Assembly (NCBI RefSeq): GCF_004010195.1
Contig: NC_057753.1
Coordinates: 3,022,087 to 3,086,086 of the forward strand
DNA from: Chiloscyllium plagiosum
Lineage: Eukaryota
Reading direction: 5' to 3'
DNA: 64,000 bases
Part shown: positions 22,395 through 35,400 of the stretch, in pieces
Layout of the letters: the number at the start of each line of letters is the position of its first letter
How positions within the stretch are numbered: the stretch's first letter is position 1
Notes under the pieces: generated by a model
Databases searched by the model: none
Told to the model about the DNA's origin: nothing
What the model saw: only the letters and a program-made list of their open reading frames with translations
Position numbers and translations under genes: made by a program

Positions 22395-24074
22395 TGATTT
22401 GGAGGTGCCGGTGTTGAACTGGGGTGGACAAAGTTAAAAATCACACGATACCAGGTTATAATACGACAGGTTGCTTTGGAAGCACTGGCTTTCGAGGGGC
22501 TGCATCTCCATCAGGTAGTTGTGGAACATAACCATACCGCACAGAAACTATACCAAAGTCATTACAGTGTCCTGGAGTTCTAATGATATATTAAACAACT
22601 TCAGTTGGAAGTCACACAGGACCGGTTTCAGTTCTTCAACAAATTTAGACGAAGACTTTAGTCTTTGAAAATGACATGTAGTGAATTCGGTTCTTTAATA
22701 TATATATCCCAGAGTTATATTGTCAAGATGGCATCAGCTTATCTAATAATAGGTGTCATCTCAGCTCAGACAATGCATTAAATCTGTGAAGATAAAGTCT
22801 GTTACAATGCTTAGTCAATTCTAATTCGAAAGTGCGGCCGACAGAATCTTACATGGATTCATGAAGTTTCTGAGTGAAACAAAATGCAATTCTGCAAATA
22901 TAAATTCACCCCATAAGCGTATATGTGTGCTTGTGCAGGAGAGACAGCATGGGTTGTATGTGTGAGTGTGTGCGTGAGGGTATGAGTGCATGTGAAAGAG
23001 TGTGTGTAAATCTGTGTTGAAGCTTGGTCAAGTACGTGTATGTGTGTGATGGTGTGCAAGCCTGAAGAGGGTGCGTGCGTGGGAGGGTGAGTGCGAGGGA
23101 CGCATGTGTGTGCGTATGAGAGAGCTTGTTTATGAGAGAGGGTCTGCGTGGGTGTGTGAGTATGTAGGAGTGTGTATGCGTGCATGTGTGCGTGTGCGCA
23201 CGCTCGGGCACTGGTCTGTGTGCGTGAGAGAGAGAGTGTGAGAGAGAGGCAGAGAAAAGAGAGTAGAGCAGTGGTGTCTCCTGTAGTGTGACATTAACCC
23301 AAGGTCCCAGTTGATGCCTTCCCCATGGGTATCCAAATTGGCTATCAGCCTCTGCTCAGCCACTCTGTGTTGTTGCTTGTCCCGACGTCTGCCCTGGAGG
23401 ATCGTCATGCAGAAGTCGAATATCCCGGACAGCTGGCGTTTTCTTCAACTGAGAAGGAGCAGTCTTGTCTGGTGATCATTGCATGGAGTTCCGAAGTACC
23501 ATAGCAAGAAACCGTAATGACCTCCTCTGGAGACAGGCACGAGCTGCAACTAATAGTGTACTTTTCACTGTCCAGTAATTCCCAGGAGCCGAAAGACTAT
23601 GCCATGTTTTTCGCACCCTGCAATGCAGTATCGATGAGGACAAGCACCTCGCCAAGATCTTCCCCACGCCTCAACTCGCTTTTAAAAAAACCACCAAACC
23701 TCCTGCAGATCATTGTCCACGGCATACCGCCCAGCATTCAGGACAACATAGACCAAGGCACCATACAACCCTGTCACTGCAGCCGCTCCAAGATGTGTCA
23801 GAATGTGGACTCAGACACCACCATAACACGTGGGGACACCTCCCACCATATATGCAGCAGGTACTCATGTGGTTCAGCCAACGTTTCCTATCACATACGC
23901 TGCAGGAAGGAATGTCCCGAGGCTTGGTACATTGACGAGACTGAACAGAAGCTACAACAACTGATGAATGAACACTGTGCAGCGATCAGCAGGCAAGGGT
24001 GTTCCCTACCAGTCGGAGAACACTTCAGTGGTCCGGTACATTCGGCCTCGGAAATCTGGGTGACCATCCTTCAA

Positions 24075-27000
24075 GGTGTAGTTCCAGTGCAGAGGAGGAT
24101 GGAAGTACAGAGGGCATGGAAAGGATTTCACGGTCTCAGCAATGTGCTGGCAGACAGCAAACTGGTTTGAAGTGTGTCTACTTCAATGCCAGAATTATCC
24201 AAAATAAGGTAAGTGCGCTTGCAGCATGGATAGGTAACTGGGACTTCGATGTTATGGCCATTTTGGAGTCATGGATACAGCAGGGTCAGGAATGAATATC
24301 GCAGGTTCCAGGGTTCAGATCTTTCATTAATAACCGAGAAGGCAGTAAAAGAGGGGGAGGAGTGGCCTTGTTAGTCAAGGACAGCAAAACAGTGGCTGAA
24401 AGAACTTCTGACAAGGACTCATCTACTGAGATAGTATGGGCTGAGGTTCGAAACAGAAAAGGAGAGGTCACACTGCTGGGAGTTTTTTTGTAGGCCTCCG
24501 TGGAGTTCCAGGGATGTGAGGAGAGGATCGGCAAAATGATTCTGGGCAGGAGTGAAAGGACAAGGATGGTCATTATGGGGGCTTTACCTTCCCCAACATT
24601 GACTGGAAACGCTCTAACTTTAGTACATCGGATGGACCATTCTTTGTGCAATGTGTGCAAGAGTGTTTCCTGACACAGTATGTCGAAGGGCCAACAAAAG
24701 GGAAGACCACACTGGATGTGCTGCTTGGTAATGAACCAGGCCAAGGGTTTGATTTAGTGTCAGGTGAGCACTTTGGAGAGAGTGACCATAATTCAGTTAC
24801 ATTTAGTTTAGCGATGGAAAGGGATAGGTACGTACCACAGGGCAAGAATCATATATGGGCGGGAGGGCAATTATAATGCGATTAGGCAATACTTAGGATG
24901 CATAGAATTGGGCAGCAAAATGCAGGGGATGTGGACAATCGAAATGTCGAGCTGGTTTCAGGAACAGACATTGTGTGTCTTTGACAAATGTGTCCTTCTC
25001 AGGCAAGGATGAAGTGATAAGGTAAGGGAACCGTGGTTTATTAAAGGAATTGCATCTCTTATTAAGTAGAAGAAGGGAACTTATGTGACGATGAGACGAG
25101 ATGGTTCAGATGAGGCGATGGAGAGTTACAGATTAGCTAGGAAGGATTTAAAGAGAGAGTTAAGAAGAGCAGAGAGAGGACATGAGCAGATAGAATAAAG
25201 GAGAACGCTAAAACTTTCTATAGGTATGTGAGTAATAGAATAATGAATAAGGTAGAAATAGGGCCAGTCAAAGACAGAAGTAGGAGGTTGTGTGTGGACC
25301 CTGTGCAGATCAAAGAGGTGCTAAACGAACATTTCTCATTCGTTTTCACTCAGAAAGGGAGAATATTGTAAAGGAGAAGAATGAGATACAAGATATTAGA
25401 ATAAAGAAAGAACAAAGAAAATTTACATCCCAGGAACTGGCCCCTCGGCCCTCCAATCCTGAGCCGATCCAAATGTACTGTCGAAACCTGTCGGCCAATT
25501 CCGAAGCATCTGTATCCCTCTACTCCCCACTGACGCATGCATTTATGCAGATGTATCTTAAATGAACCTACCGTGCCTGCCTCTACCACCTCAGCTGGCA
25601 ACGCGTTCCAACGCGAACCACTCTCTGTGTGAAGTACTTGCCGCGTGTATCCCCTTAAACATTCCACCTTTGGACGAGAAAGGATCGAAGTTTGTAAGGA
25701 AGAGGTGTTACCAATTCTAGAAGGAGTGAAAGATGACAAGTCCCCCGGACCAGATGGGATTTATCCAAGGATTCTCTAGTAAGCTAGGGAGGAAGTGGTG
25801 GAGCCTTTGGCTTTGATCTTTCAGTCATCATTGCCAACCGGTTTAGTACCGCAGATTGGAGTATTGCAAATGTTGTGCCCTTGTTCAAGAAGGGTAGTAG
25901 AGATGGCCTCGGTAATTGCAGACCAGTGAGCCCTACGTCTGCTGTAGGAAAAGTTTTGGCAGGTGTTATAAAAGGTAGGATTTATAATCATCTAGCAAGC
26001 AACAACTTGATTGCAGATAGTCAACATGGTTTCGTAAAGGGCAGACCATGTCTCACAAAACTCATTGAGTTTTTTGAGAAGGTAACCAAGCATGTGGGTG
26101 AGGGTAGGGCAGTTGACGTGGTGTGCATGGACATCAGCAAAGCCTTTGACAAGGTTCCACATGGTAGGCTGTTGGTGAAAATGCGGAGGCATGGATTTGA
26201 GGGTGATTTAGCAGTTTGGATTTGACAATGGGCATTCTGTAAGAAGGCAGCGAGTGGTGGTTGACGGAAAATATTCAGCCTGGGGTCCGGATGCTAGTTG
26301 TGTGCCACAAGGATCTGTTTTGGGACCACTGCTGTTTGTCATTTTCATGAATGCCTTGACGCAGACATAGGTGGATGGTTTACTAAGTTTGCAGATTACA
26401 CAAATGTTGGTGGAGTCGTGGACAGTGTGGATGAATGTTACAGATTGCAGGGGGACTTGAATAAACTGCAGAATTGGGCTGAGAAGTGGCAAATGGAGTT
26501 CAATGCAGATAAATGTGAGGTGATTCACTTTGGGAAGAATAACAGAAAGATAGAATACTGGATCAATGGAAAGATTATTGATAGTTTGGATGTATAGAGG
26601 GATCTTGGAGTCCATGTTCATAGATCCCTGAAAGTTGCTACTCAGGTTGATAGTGCTGTTAAGAAGGCTATAGTGTATTAGGTTTTAATGGTAGAGAGAT
26701 TGAGTTCGGGAGCCATAATGTCATGCTTCAACTATACAAAACGCTCTTGCAGCCTCCCATGGAATATTGTGTACAGTCCTGGTCGCCCCATTACAGGAAG
26801 AATGTGGAAGCATTGGAAAGGGTGCAGACGAAAATTATCATGATGTTGCCTAGTCTTGAGGGAAGGTCTGATGAGGAAAGGCTGAGTGACTTGGATCTGT
26901 TCTCTTTCGAAAAAAGAAGGCTAAGAGGACATATGATAGAGACATACAAGGCGATCAGAGGATGAGATTGGGTGGACAGTGAGAATCGTTTTTCCTTGAA

Positions 27001-27243
27001 TGATAACGTCAGCTTGTACGAGGGGGCATAACTACAAATTGAGGGATGATAGATTTAAGACAGATGTCAGAGGCAGGATCTTTACTCAGAGAGTGGTAAG
27101 GGCATAGAATGCCCTGCCTGCCAATGTAGTTAACTCAGCCACATTAGAGAGATTTAAACAATCTTTGGATAAACACGTGGATGAGTATTGGATAGTGTAG
27201 GGGGATGGGCTTAGATGAGTTCACAGGTCAGCGCAACATCAAG
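24075..27243 (+). mobile_element. CR1 LINE, near-complete degenerate ORF2 (nested minus-strand CR1 tail at ~25400-25668)
   Basis: Endonuclease LKCVYFNAR..ESW..SDHN, PGPDGIYP, MDISKAFDKVPH, QGSVLGPLLF, FADYT, C-terminus and 3' UTR. Confidence 0.93.
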
Positions 27244-27930
27244 CGCTCCACACGCTCTCTCATACACAGACACACACACAGATACACACTCCAACTAACT
27301 CACACAGACCGGCTCACATACACAAGCTTTCTCTCATATGCACACACATGCGCCCTTCACACTCAGCCTCACGCACACGTCCTCTCACAGGCTTATCCTT
27401 CATCACACTGAGACACATACTTGACCAAACTTGCACACACACATGCACACAATCTTTCACATGCGCTCACGCCCATGCACACGCACTCAGATGCACCCAC
27501 CCACCCTGTCTGTCCTGCACACATATAAGTTTATGGAGTGAACTTGTATTTGCAGAATTACATTTGGTTTTGCTCAGAAACTGCATGAATCCATGTAAGA
27601 TTCTGTGGGCCCCACTTTCGAAATAGAATTGACTCAACATTGGTACAGACTTTACCTTCAAACAATTAATGCATTTTCTGAGCTGAGATGACACCTATTA
27701 TTAGATAAGCTGGCGCCACCATGCGAATGTAATTCTGGGATTTACATATTAAAGAACCTAAATCAACACATCCCATTCTAAAAAATGAAAAACTTAATTA
27801 AAATTTGTTGAAGGACGACAGCCTGGTGCTGTGTGATTTTTGACTGAAGTTGCTTAATATATCATTGCAGCTCCATGACACTGCAATCATTATGCTATAA
27901 ACTCTGTGTTTTATGGCCATTTTCCACAAC

Positions 27931-28010
27931 TCACACCTGATGAAGAGGCTACGCCTCGAAAGCGAGTGCTTCCAAATTAACCTGTTGGACGATAACATAG
28001 TGTGGTGTGA
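27931..28010 (+). ncRNA. Minimal type I hammerhead ribozyme motif in the Penelope terminal repeat
   Basis: CTGATGA 27937-43, stem II GAGGC-tac-GCCTC, GAAA 27958-61, short stem III AGC-gagt-GCT then TC; TCACAC can pair with GTGTGA 28005-10. Confidence 0.7.
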
Positions 28011-31000
28011 TTTTTAACTCTGGAATAAATCTAGTAAACCTTCTCTCACGCCCTCCAGTGTATGGTGACCAAAACTACACATTTGTCGAAGTGTGGACTC
28101 ACCAGAATCTATATAGCTACAGCATACCCTCCCTGTTCTTAAACTCAGTCCCTCTGATGGACAATATTCCAATTGCCTTATTAATTACCTGCAAACCAAC
28201 TGGCTTGTCCTGTTTTGTTGATCAGGAATAATATTTGTAGCGATGCAAGCAGCAGGAAGTTAAATCTTTCACGCTATCGCCGAGTATTTGCCTTGTACCA
28301 CTACCTGTATATTCGATATATTGTGTGTTTGCTACCGGTTGCAACTTTGCTTTACATGCCATCATTCTGTCTTTACTTTGTGTTATGGTTTTACATGATG
28401 TGGCCATCACTGGCCAAAGCCAGCATCTTATTCTCCATCCCTCATTTGCCTGGAAAGAAAAGTGGGCTTGCGCTGCTTTCTTGAATCACTTCAGTCCTTG
28501 TATTCAATGTACATGATATTTGCAGCTCTGCTGCGAAGCATCAACACTAATTCCACTGATTCTTGTAGAGCTATTGCCCCTTTTAAAATTTCAATCAGTA
28601 AGGAATGTCAGTTCCTTTCAACATTTGCACAAAATGAATAAATCTTCATTGACTGAGGCCAGAAATCACGCCCTGGTGATTAAAACACTAACTCCTAGTC
28701 ACTGGGGCACCAGAGAAACTACCTCCAAACTTTAACACTTGACTTGTCTGCACTACATTTCCAATTTCCTCCTTCATTTCCACTATTTTCACCGCAGACA
28801 AGCTGCTCTGTCAAAATTGCATGTTTAAGTAGAACACAAGCAATTCCCCCAGTGAATTACACCCGTTGCTTTGAGCTGGTAGGTAATACCGACACTTTTC
28901 CTCCTTTAAGACAGATCCTAAACCCCACAATCTTTGCCCAAGCGTTTCCTTAACTCCCCAGATATGTGTCTCGGTGTCATACTGTGCTATATAATGTGTC
29001 TGGGCAGCACTTTGGGATTTTCCATGAGGCTAAAGGAGCTACGTCAATATAAATTGTTGTCAGACAGAAACAGAAAGAAACAAAATCATCTCTTGCACCT
29101 TTTTACAAAGAGATTCTTCACAGAAGTTCCACCAACAGGAGTTTTCTCACTATTTACTATGCCGAATACATCAGGAATTTGAAGACTTCAGACAAAATAC
29201 AGCCTTCTGTTTGCAGGCCAGAGTAGTTCCAATTGGTTAAAAGTTTTCCACAGAATGGATCTGCCTTATCCCTGCTCGTAGCCTTTTTAATTTTCTGTGG
29301 AAAATATCTCGTGCCTTTGCATTTTTTCAGATGGTTAGTGACCAGAACTGGATGCAATACCTTGATTGAAGCAAGTTACTATTTGATATTCGATTAAAAT
29401 AAAATCTCTGCGAATGTTCACTGTGCCTGAATTTGCTCAGTCTACAATGCTGTATCCCTCATCCAATTTGGTCTCAATGTATCATGGTGTATTCACACTG
29501 TCATTCAAATATGCATGACAGGAGCCTCTGTTTAAGCAACATCTTTGTAGTTACTTACGTTCTGTTACATCGATTCATTGGAGTTTTTTCAAAAAAGAAT
29601 TGAACCACTTCACACTTCCCTGCATTAAATTTCATCTCCCCCTTGACATCTATCCTGTGAATCTCTTTTTAATTGCTTTGATGTTCTGCTCTACGAATGC
29701 ACTTACGTATATATCGGAATGTGTTACTGTACTTAACGTTTTGCAGTTGTGCCTGGTACGCCAAATTCATGTAATCACTGAATACCAAGTTAGCAGGGTC
29801 ATACAAATAGAAACATGTTGGTCTTTGCTATAACATTGCATCCCATCGGGAAAGTGAAAAGAAAATCGACTTGATTAATAACAAAATTCCGCCAGTATTG
29901 GGAATCCAAGTTTAAAATGAGCACAGAAAATGTTGTAAATTAACAGAATCTGGGGTAGCACATGAACAGCTAGAATACGCTCTACATTTCATGTTGTGAC
30001 ATTCAGCCATACCTCTATTCGATTAAAATAAAATCTCTGCGAATGTTCACTGTGCCTGAATTTGCACAGTTATCTCTGAAACCATTCAATACCGACGTCC
30101 ACACAGAAAAATAGAAGTGATTCAGTAGCCCAAAAATACGTAAGCTTAATTCACTAGAGGAAAAACAAAACGTAATCTCAAAAGTAATACATTGCTAAAT
30201 GTTCGCCAATTCCTTGCACCATCATCATTACCTTTTGTAAATGTCGCAGCCAGGACCAAGCTTGCAACAATCGTGATTTTATTACAAACCACCAGGGGGA
30301 GACGTTTCAAAACAGAAAGTATACAATGAGATGGAAATAAAGAGCAATAGTTTTTTTTTAACAACAGATTTGGTGATGGATGCACGCTAAATAGGGTGAA
30401 AGAAACAGGCAAGTTACTACAGGTAACCACGGAGACACCACAAGGAATCAGAAATTATGAATGACGATAGAATCTGTATATCCAGTCGCTTTTGTTTCGT
30501 GCAAGTTTTAACAATGTAACGGCTTGTTGAGGTATGACATGCTCCACAGTTTAAGTCTCATTTGTCCACGGGTCCATAAAAAAAGCCAACAAAAAGTAAT
30601 AGGCTGTGAATCTGTGGCCATTGACACTTTTTAATCCCATATGCGTATTCAAATGATCTATAAATTGGAGAACGACTTCCTGAAGTTTCACAATAGCCAC
30701 AAAATATATTTGAATTATTCCAGTTATTGTCTACCAGAAGAGGCATTTATTTTTTGGCTCGTAGTTTGCACGCAGAGACCATGTAGGAGCTCTCAATTGT
30801 TTGCTCCCTTCTCCAGTGAAACAACGCAACTGGTTATTTAATAGCATTTGGTATCACTTTAGATTGTCCTTTATTGAGGAAAAACAAATCTTTCACGTTC
30901 ACAGTTGTCTTAATGATGAGATCCAAAGTGATATGATGAGAAATCAGAGAGAGTGAAAAGGTGACCTCGTCAGAAGAAAATATCGAAAATGTAACTGACA

Positions 31001-31931
31001 AAACTAACTAGAGCACACGCAGACATGAAACATCTTTTCTCAAGAATGCAACAACATGCAGACACTCAAAAGTAAATGTTTACCTGCCTGTAAACAATTT
31101 GTATTATTTTTAGACATAAATTGCAATGGTCAAGCTCAGAAAATGTGGACGATATTTATCTGATCTGTTAAAAAGATTCATGCATTGAAGAAGCCAACAA
31201 CATTGTCAAGCAGATAACACACAATACATGTGATATCAGGACTGTCCAACATCTTCAATGAGTGGCCCTGAAGCCTGTTTCTCAAACAGTTCAACGTTGC
31301 TTTCACTTCACAATCTTGTACCTCACTAAGACATTAAAATAGCCTACAGAGTCCAAAGTTTCCTCAATTTCCAGCTAAGTTTCACAAGTATCTGAAAGAT
31401 TACTATTGTTCAGATATAAATGTTTACGTTATTAAGGATGGCATCCTTTTATTTGCGATGTACTTTTCATCTTTTCCTTTTTCCTTTCGTAGATTCACGG
31501 AGTTATAGAGACCTACAGCACGGAGACAGGCCCTCGGGCCCAAATTGGTCCACCCTTACCTAAATGTCCATCAACGCTAATCACATTTCCTTGCACTTGG
31601 CCCAAATTCTTCTAAACCTTTGTTAACCGTGTATTATTTTCCTGATTCATCTTTGCAAGCGGTGTCAGTGGGTACAGTGGCTGTAGCATTGGCAATGAGA
31701 ATTGGGAGTCCTGGTAGCAGTCGGCTGGAATCTCGGCGGTGGCAGTGGCCAGAGATGGGATTCCTGCAGTGGGAGGCACAGAGTCTGGACACTTGACAGT
31801 GGCAACAGAGCCAGCGTCTCTTGGAGCTTCGTCGCTGACACTGCTGTTCGAAAATGGGACTCCTTGAGGACTGAAACACTTTACAGAAGCTTCATATACA
31901 CATTGAGCAGAAGATGTACTCTTATTTAAGT

Positions 31932-32465
31932 ATAGAGGACTGATGTCCGAGGTAGTTTCTTTACTCAGAGAGTAGTAGGCACGTGGAACGCCGTGCCTAT
32001 AACAGTGGTAGACTCGCCAAATTTAAGGGCATTTAACTGGTCATTGGATAAACTGGTCATTGGATGAAAATGGAATACTGTAGGTTAGATGGGCTTCAGA
32101 TCGGTTCCGCAGGTCAGTGCAACACTGAGTGCCGAGTGACCTGTATTGCACTAGAGTCATAGAGATGTACAGCATGGAAACAGACCCTTCGGTCCAACCT
32201 GTCCATGCTGACCAGGTGTCCCAAGCCAATCTAGTCCCACCTGCACCCGGCCCATATCCTTCCAAACGCTTCCTATTCATATACCTATCCAAATGCCTCT
32301 TAAATATTGCAATTGTGCCAGCCTCCACTACATCCTGTGGCAGCTCATTCCATACACGTACCACCCTCTGCATGAAAACGTTGCCCCTTAGGTCTCTTTT
32401 ATGTCCTTCCCCTCTCACCCTAAACCTATGCCCTCTAGTTCTGGACTCCCCCACCCCAGGGAAAA
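31932..32465. mobile_element. Two CR1/HER1 3' ends, tail to tail (+ 31932-32150, - 32152-32465)
   Basis: FFTQRVV..WNA on plus; GESRTRGH..VRVWNELP on minus with AGAGTCAT tail. Confidence 0.85.
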
Positions 32466-35400
32466 TATGTTAAGGTCTGCGTTCTGTGTTCTATTTAGAT
32501 TTTTATAAATATACCGTATGAGAAATTGCAGTTGCTATGATGCTGTAATTTTAATATAATGTACGCATTTTTATGTAACAGTCTTGTATTTTCTAACACT
32601 AATATAAATGTGCAGCTAACATTCAAAAAGTTACAAATATTCCCATGGACGAATATAAATGTTGAAACTAACTTGCAGAAAGTAACAACAAGTTCCATTT
32701 TTGTTTGATATTGTAATGACTCTGCGTTAAGTCACAACAGGTTAAATATTCTAAATATCAAGGCTACAAATTAAGAGTTTAAATGTTTTGGGATTGAAAA
32801 GATGAAATCTGCTTGAAGAATTGGTGTGACCAGTATTCTCTTCTGTTCCACAATATTCTAAGTTCAAATGATTCTATGAAATATCCTCCGATTTTTGGAA
32901 GATTGGAGGAATGATCACTCGGATTCTCGTTTGACAATGAAATTGAAGGATTTAGAGTAGTTGAGAAGTGCAAAAAAAAATTGTGTTCTTATAGACTTGT
33001 CCAGCTCGTCTGTGCCAACCAGCTATCCAGAACTGATCGAATCCTATTTGCCAGCATTTGACCCATATCCCTCTAAACCCTTCCTATTCATATGCCAATC
33101 CAGATACCGTTTAATTGTTGCAATTGTGCCCAGTTCCACCAGCACCTCTGGCAGCTCATTCCATATACAGAGGAACCTTGTTTATCCCGCATTTGATTAT
33201 CCAAATTATGGATTATCCGGCAAGATCAAAAGGTCCTGATGCTTGGCTAAACTGTTTTACACAGCAGTTGATTTTCCAAATTTTGATTTTCCAGACAAAA
33301 TAATCCCTGCAGTTTTCTTATTGATCTATCGAGCACACCTCAGAGGTCAAATTATTCACTTCTGTCCAGAAATCATATTTTTGCAGCTTGTGTTTTTGTT
33401 AGTCAAGTCAACTGATGTTCAGGAGCAAAGGTATATGGATAGAGTGAAGGCATGTATGAGAAATGATCCAGTTTACAATCAAGCAAACCTTGGGAGAAAA
33501 TGTATGGTCGATACAGATTTGTGTTTCAAGAACGTATTGATACATTCTGAAAATTAGGGTGACACCCTTGAGGAGAGGGGCTAAGAAGCATATACACACA
33601 CACACAAACTGACAGAGGTTTGGAACTCTACTCCACAAGCGAAAGTGCACCATGGATCAATTGAGCATTTTAGATCTGAGACTTTTGTTTGTTTAGCAAA
33701 TGTATTAGGGGAAAAGGGACAGAGACAAGTATGCAGAGATTGGCCACAGATCAGCCGTCATCACATTCGATGATGGAACAGGTTGCAGGATCTGAATGGC
33801 CTACCCCTGTTCTTAGGTTCCCAATAGCCCATTCCTGTTCTTTTATGCTTAATAAGCATATTGAATATATAACAGATTGAACTTTATAATATGTAATACC
33901 ATGTAGAATGCAGAACCCTCAATAACTCTTCTGAAACCATTCTACCACCATATGCAAAAACTACCAAATCATGGGAAAAATATGTGGGAATTGTGCATGT
34001 GGTTCTCTAACTGTCCAAGAGCTGAAAACATTATCTGAAATTAAAAACGAATTATGTATTGATTGACATTTATTTGAGAAGTGAATTCAAATGGGCATTT
34101 CCTTTTTTCACACTTGATTACTTTTCATAAAGGGTTGAGTAATACATTTAGTAATATAGTTGAATTGCAGAATTTTGTCACAACTGAGGCAGACTCCGAA
34201 TTCTTTCTATCACTGTTGACTTAATACAATATAGCTGATGACTAGATTGCTGAGTAGATCTCAAACATAAAAATGTAGTGAATTGATTTTAAATAGAATT
34301 AAGTAGTAAATACTGGTCTCACAAATAATTCGCCACAATTCAGCATTAAGAGCAGGCTGCCAAATTCATGTGTACAATTTGCATCTCATATGTTCTTCTC
34401 TTCTTCAAATCCGCCAGAGATGCTGGACTCAAAATGTAACTCTGCTTTCCCGCTACAAGTATTCCGAAGCCCGCTGACTTCCTCCTGCAATTTCTGTTTT
34501 TGTTTTTCCCGTTTGTCGCGTGAACCTTTCCTCATTCTAATTCATATATTCCCGTGGAAATAAGCCATTTGGCCGATCATATCTGCACTGGAACTCTATA
34601 CTGCAACTTCAATTTTACCAAGGCCTACCTACCTAGCCTGCAAATCCCGGGACACTCTGGGGCAATTTAATATGGTCAGTCCATCTAACCTGCACATCAT
34701 TGGACTGTGGGAGGAAACGGATGCAAACACAGGGAAAATGTGCAAACTCTGCACAGTCGCCAAAGGCTGGAGGACCAGTCTTCATTTTTGCAGCAGCAGA
34801 CGAAGGGACGAGAGGGAGGACCAGCGGGCTGCCGGGAAGATAAATTAATCTTTGAAAAACGTACCTTGTAGGAGGAGCAGTTTTCATTGCGATTGAATTG
34901 CGGTTTGGAAAGGTAAGTGAATTGATGTATCTTCTAACTCCAGGTGGCTCATTTGCAATACAAGGTTTTCTAACTCCTCTACACTGGTCTGTTCCTGATA
35001 TACATAAGTGCTTGACCAACTCCATTACAATTGCAGATTTCCTTTTGCCCTGTTTAAACCCAGGTCTAACATGTTTGCTAATTCCTCTGTCTTTCTGAAC
35101 TTTCTTGGCTGAATTTCGGAAGCATCTTCAAACGTCAGAATCTCTTCAAAATTAGTAAGAGCCATTTCCTTCACCTTTTATTTAACCAACAACAGGTAAT
35201 CGAACTTTTTAAAATATTTTCTCTCCGAGGTTTAATTTAAAATCTTGGTCACTAATCGCGAAGTGCTTTAATCTTGTTACACACCAGGCCAGAGCCCATC
35301 AAAACATTTCCAGAAGGTAGCCCAGGACCTAACTTCTCAACTTGTTTGTGCAAATGTAAAGTGAATATACTAGGAGCGATATAGAACGTCAAACCACTCG

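Larger units (their letters stand above)
22395..28013. mobile_element. Penelope-like (GIY-YIG) retroelement with inverted arms and nested CR1
   Basis: GIY-YIG remnant in ORF 23517-24170 (YSCGSANVSYHIRCRKECPEAWYIDETEQKL..MNEH..VGEHF). Left arm 22395-23480 is the reverse complement of right-arm sequence; the insertion is flanked by an imperfect 15-bp duplication. Confidence 0.85.
7402..34771. repeat. Tandem segmental-duplication unit 1 (~27.4 kb)
   Basis: Order Gypsy, exon 1, Tx1 intron, exon 2, 3' flank is repeated in 34772-58405. Confidence 0.85.

Noticed and set aside
22859..23408. His/Thr-rich ORFs (also 27205-27626)
   Set aside because: Translations of the degenerate (CA)n/(GT)n tract inside the Penelope arms.
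32035..32066. 16-bp tandem duplication AACTGGTCATTGGAT
   Set aside because: Ordinary slippage within a CR1 tail.
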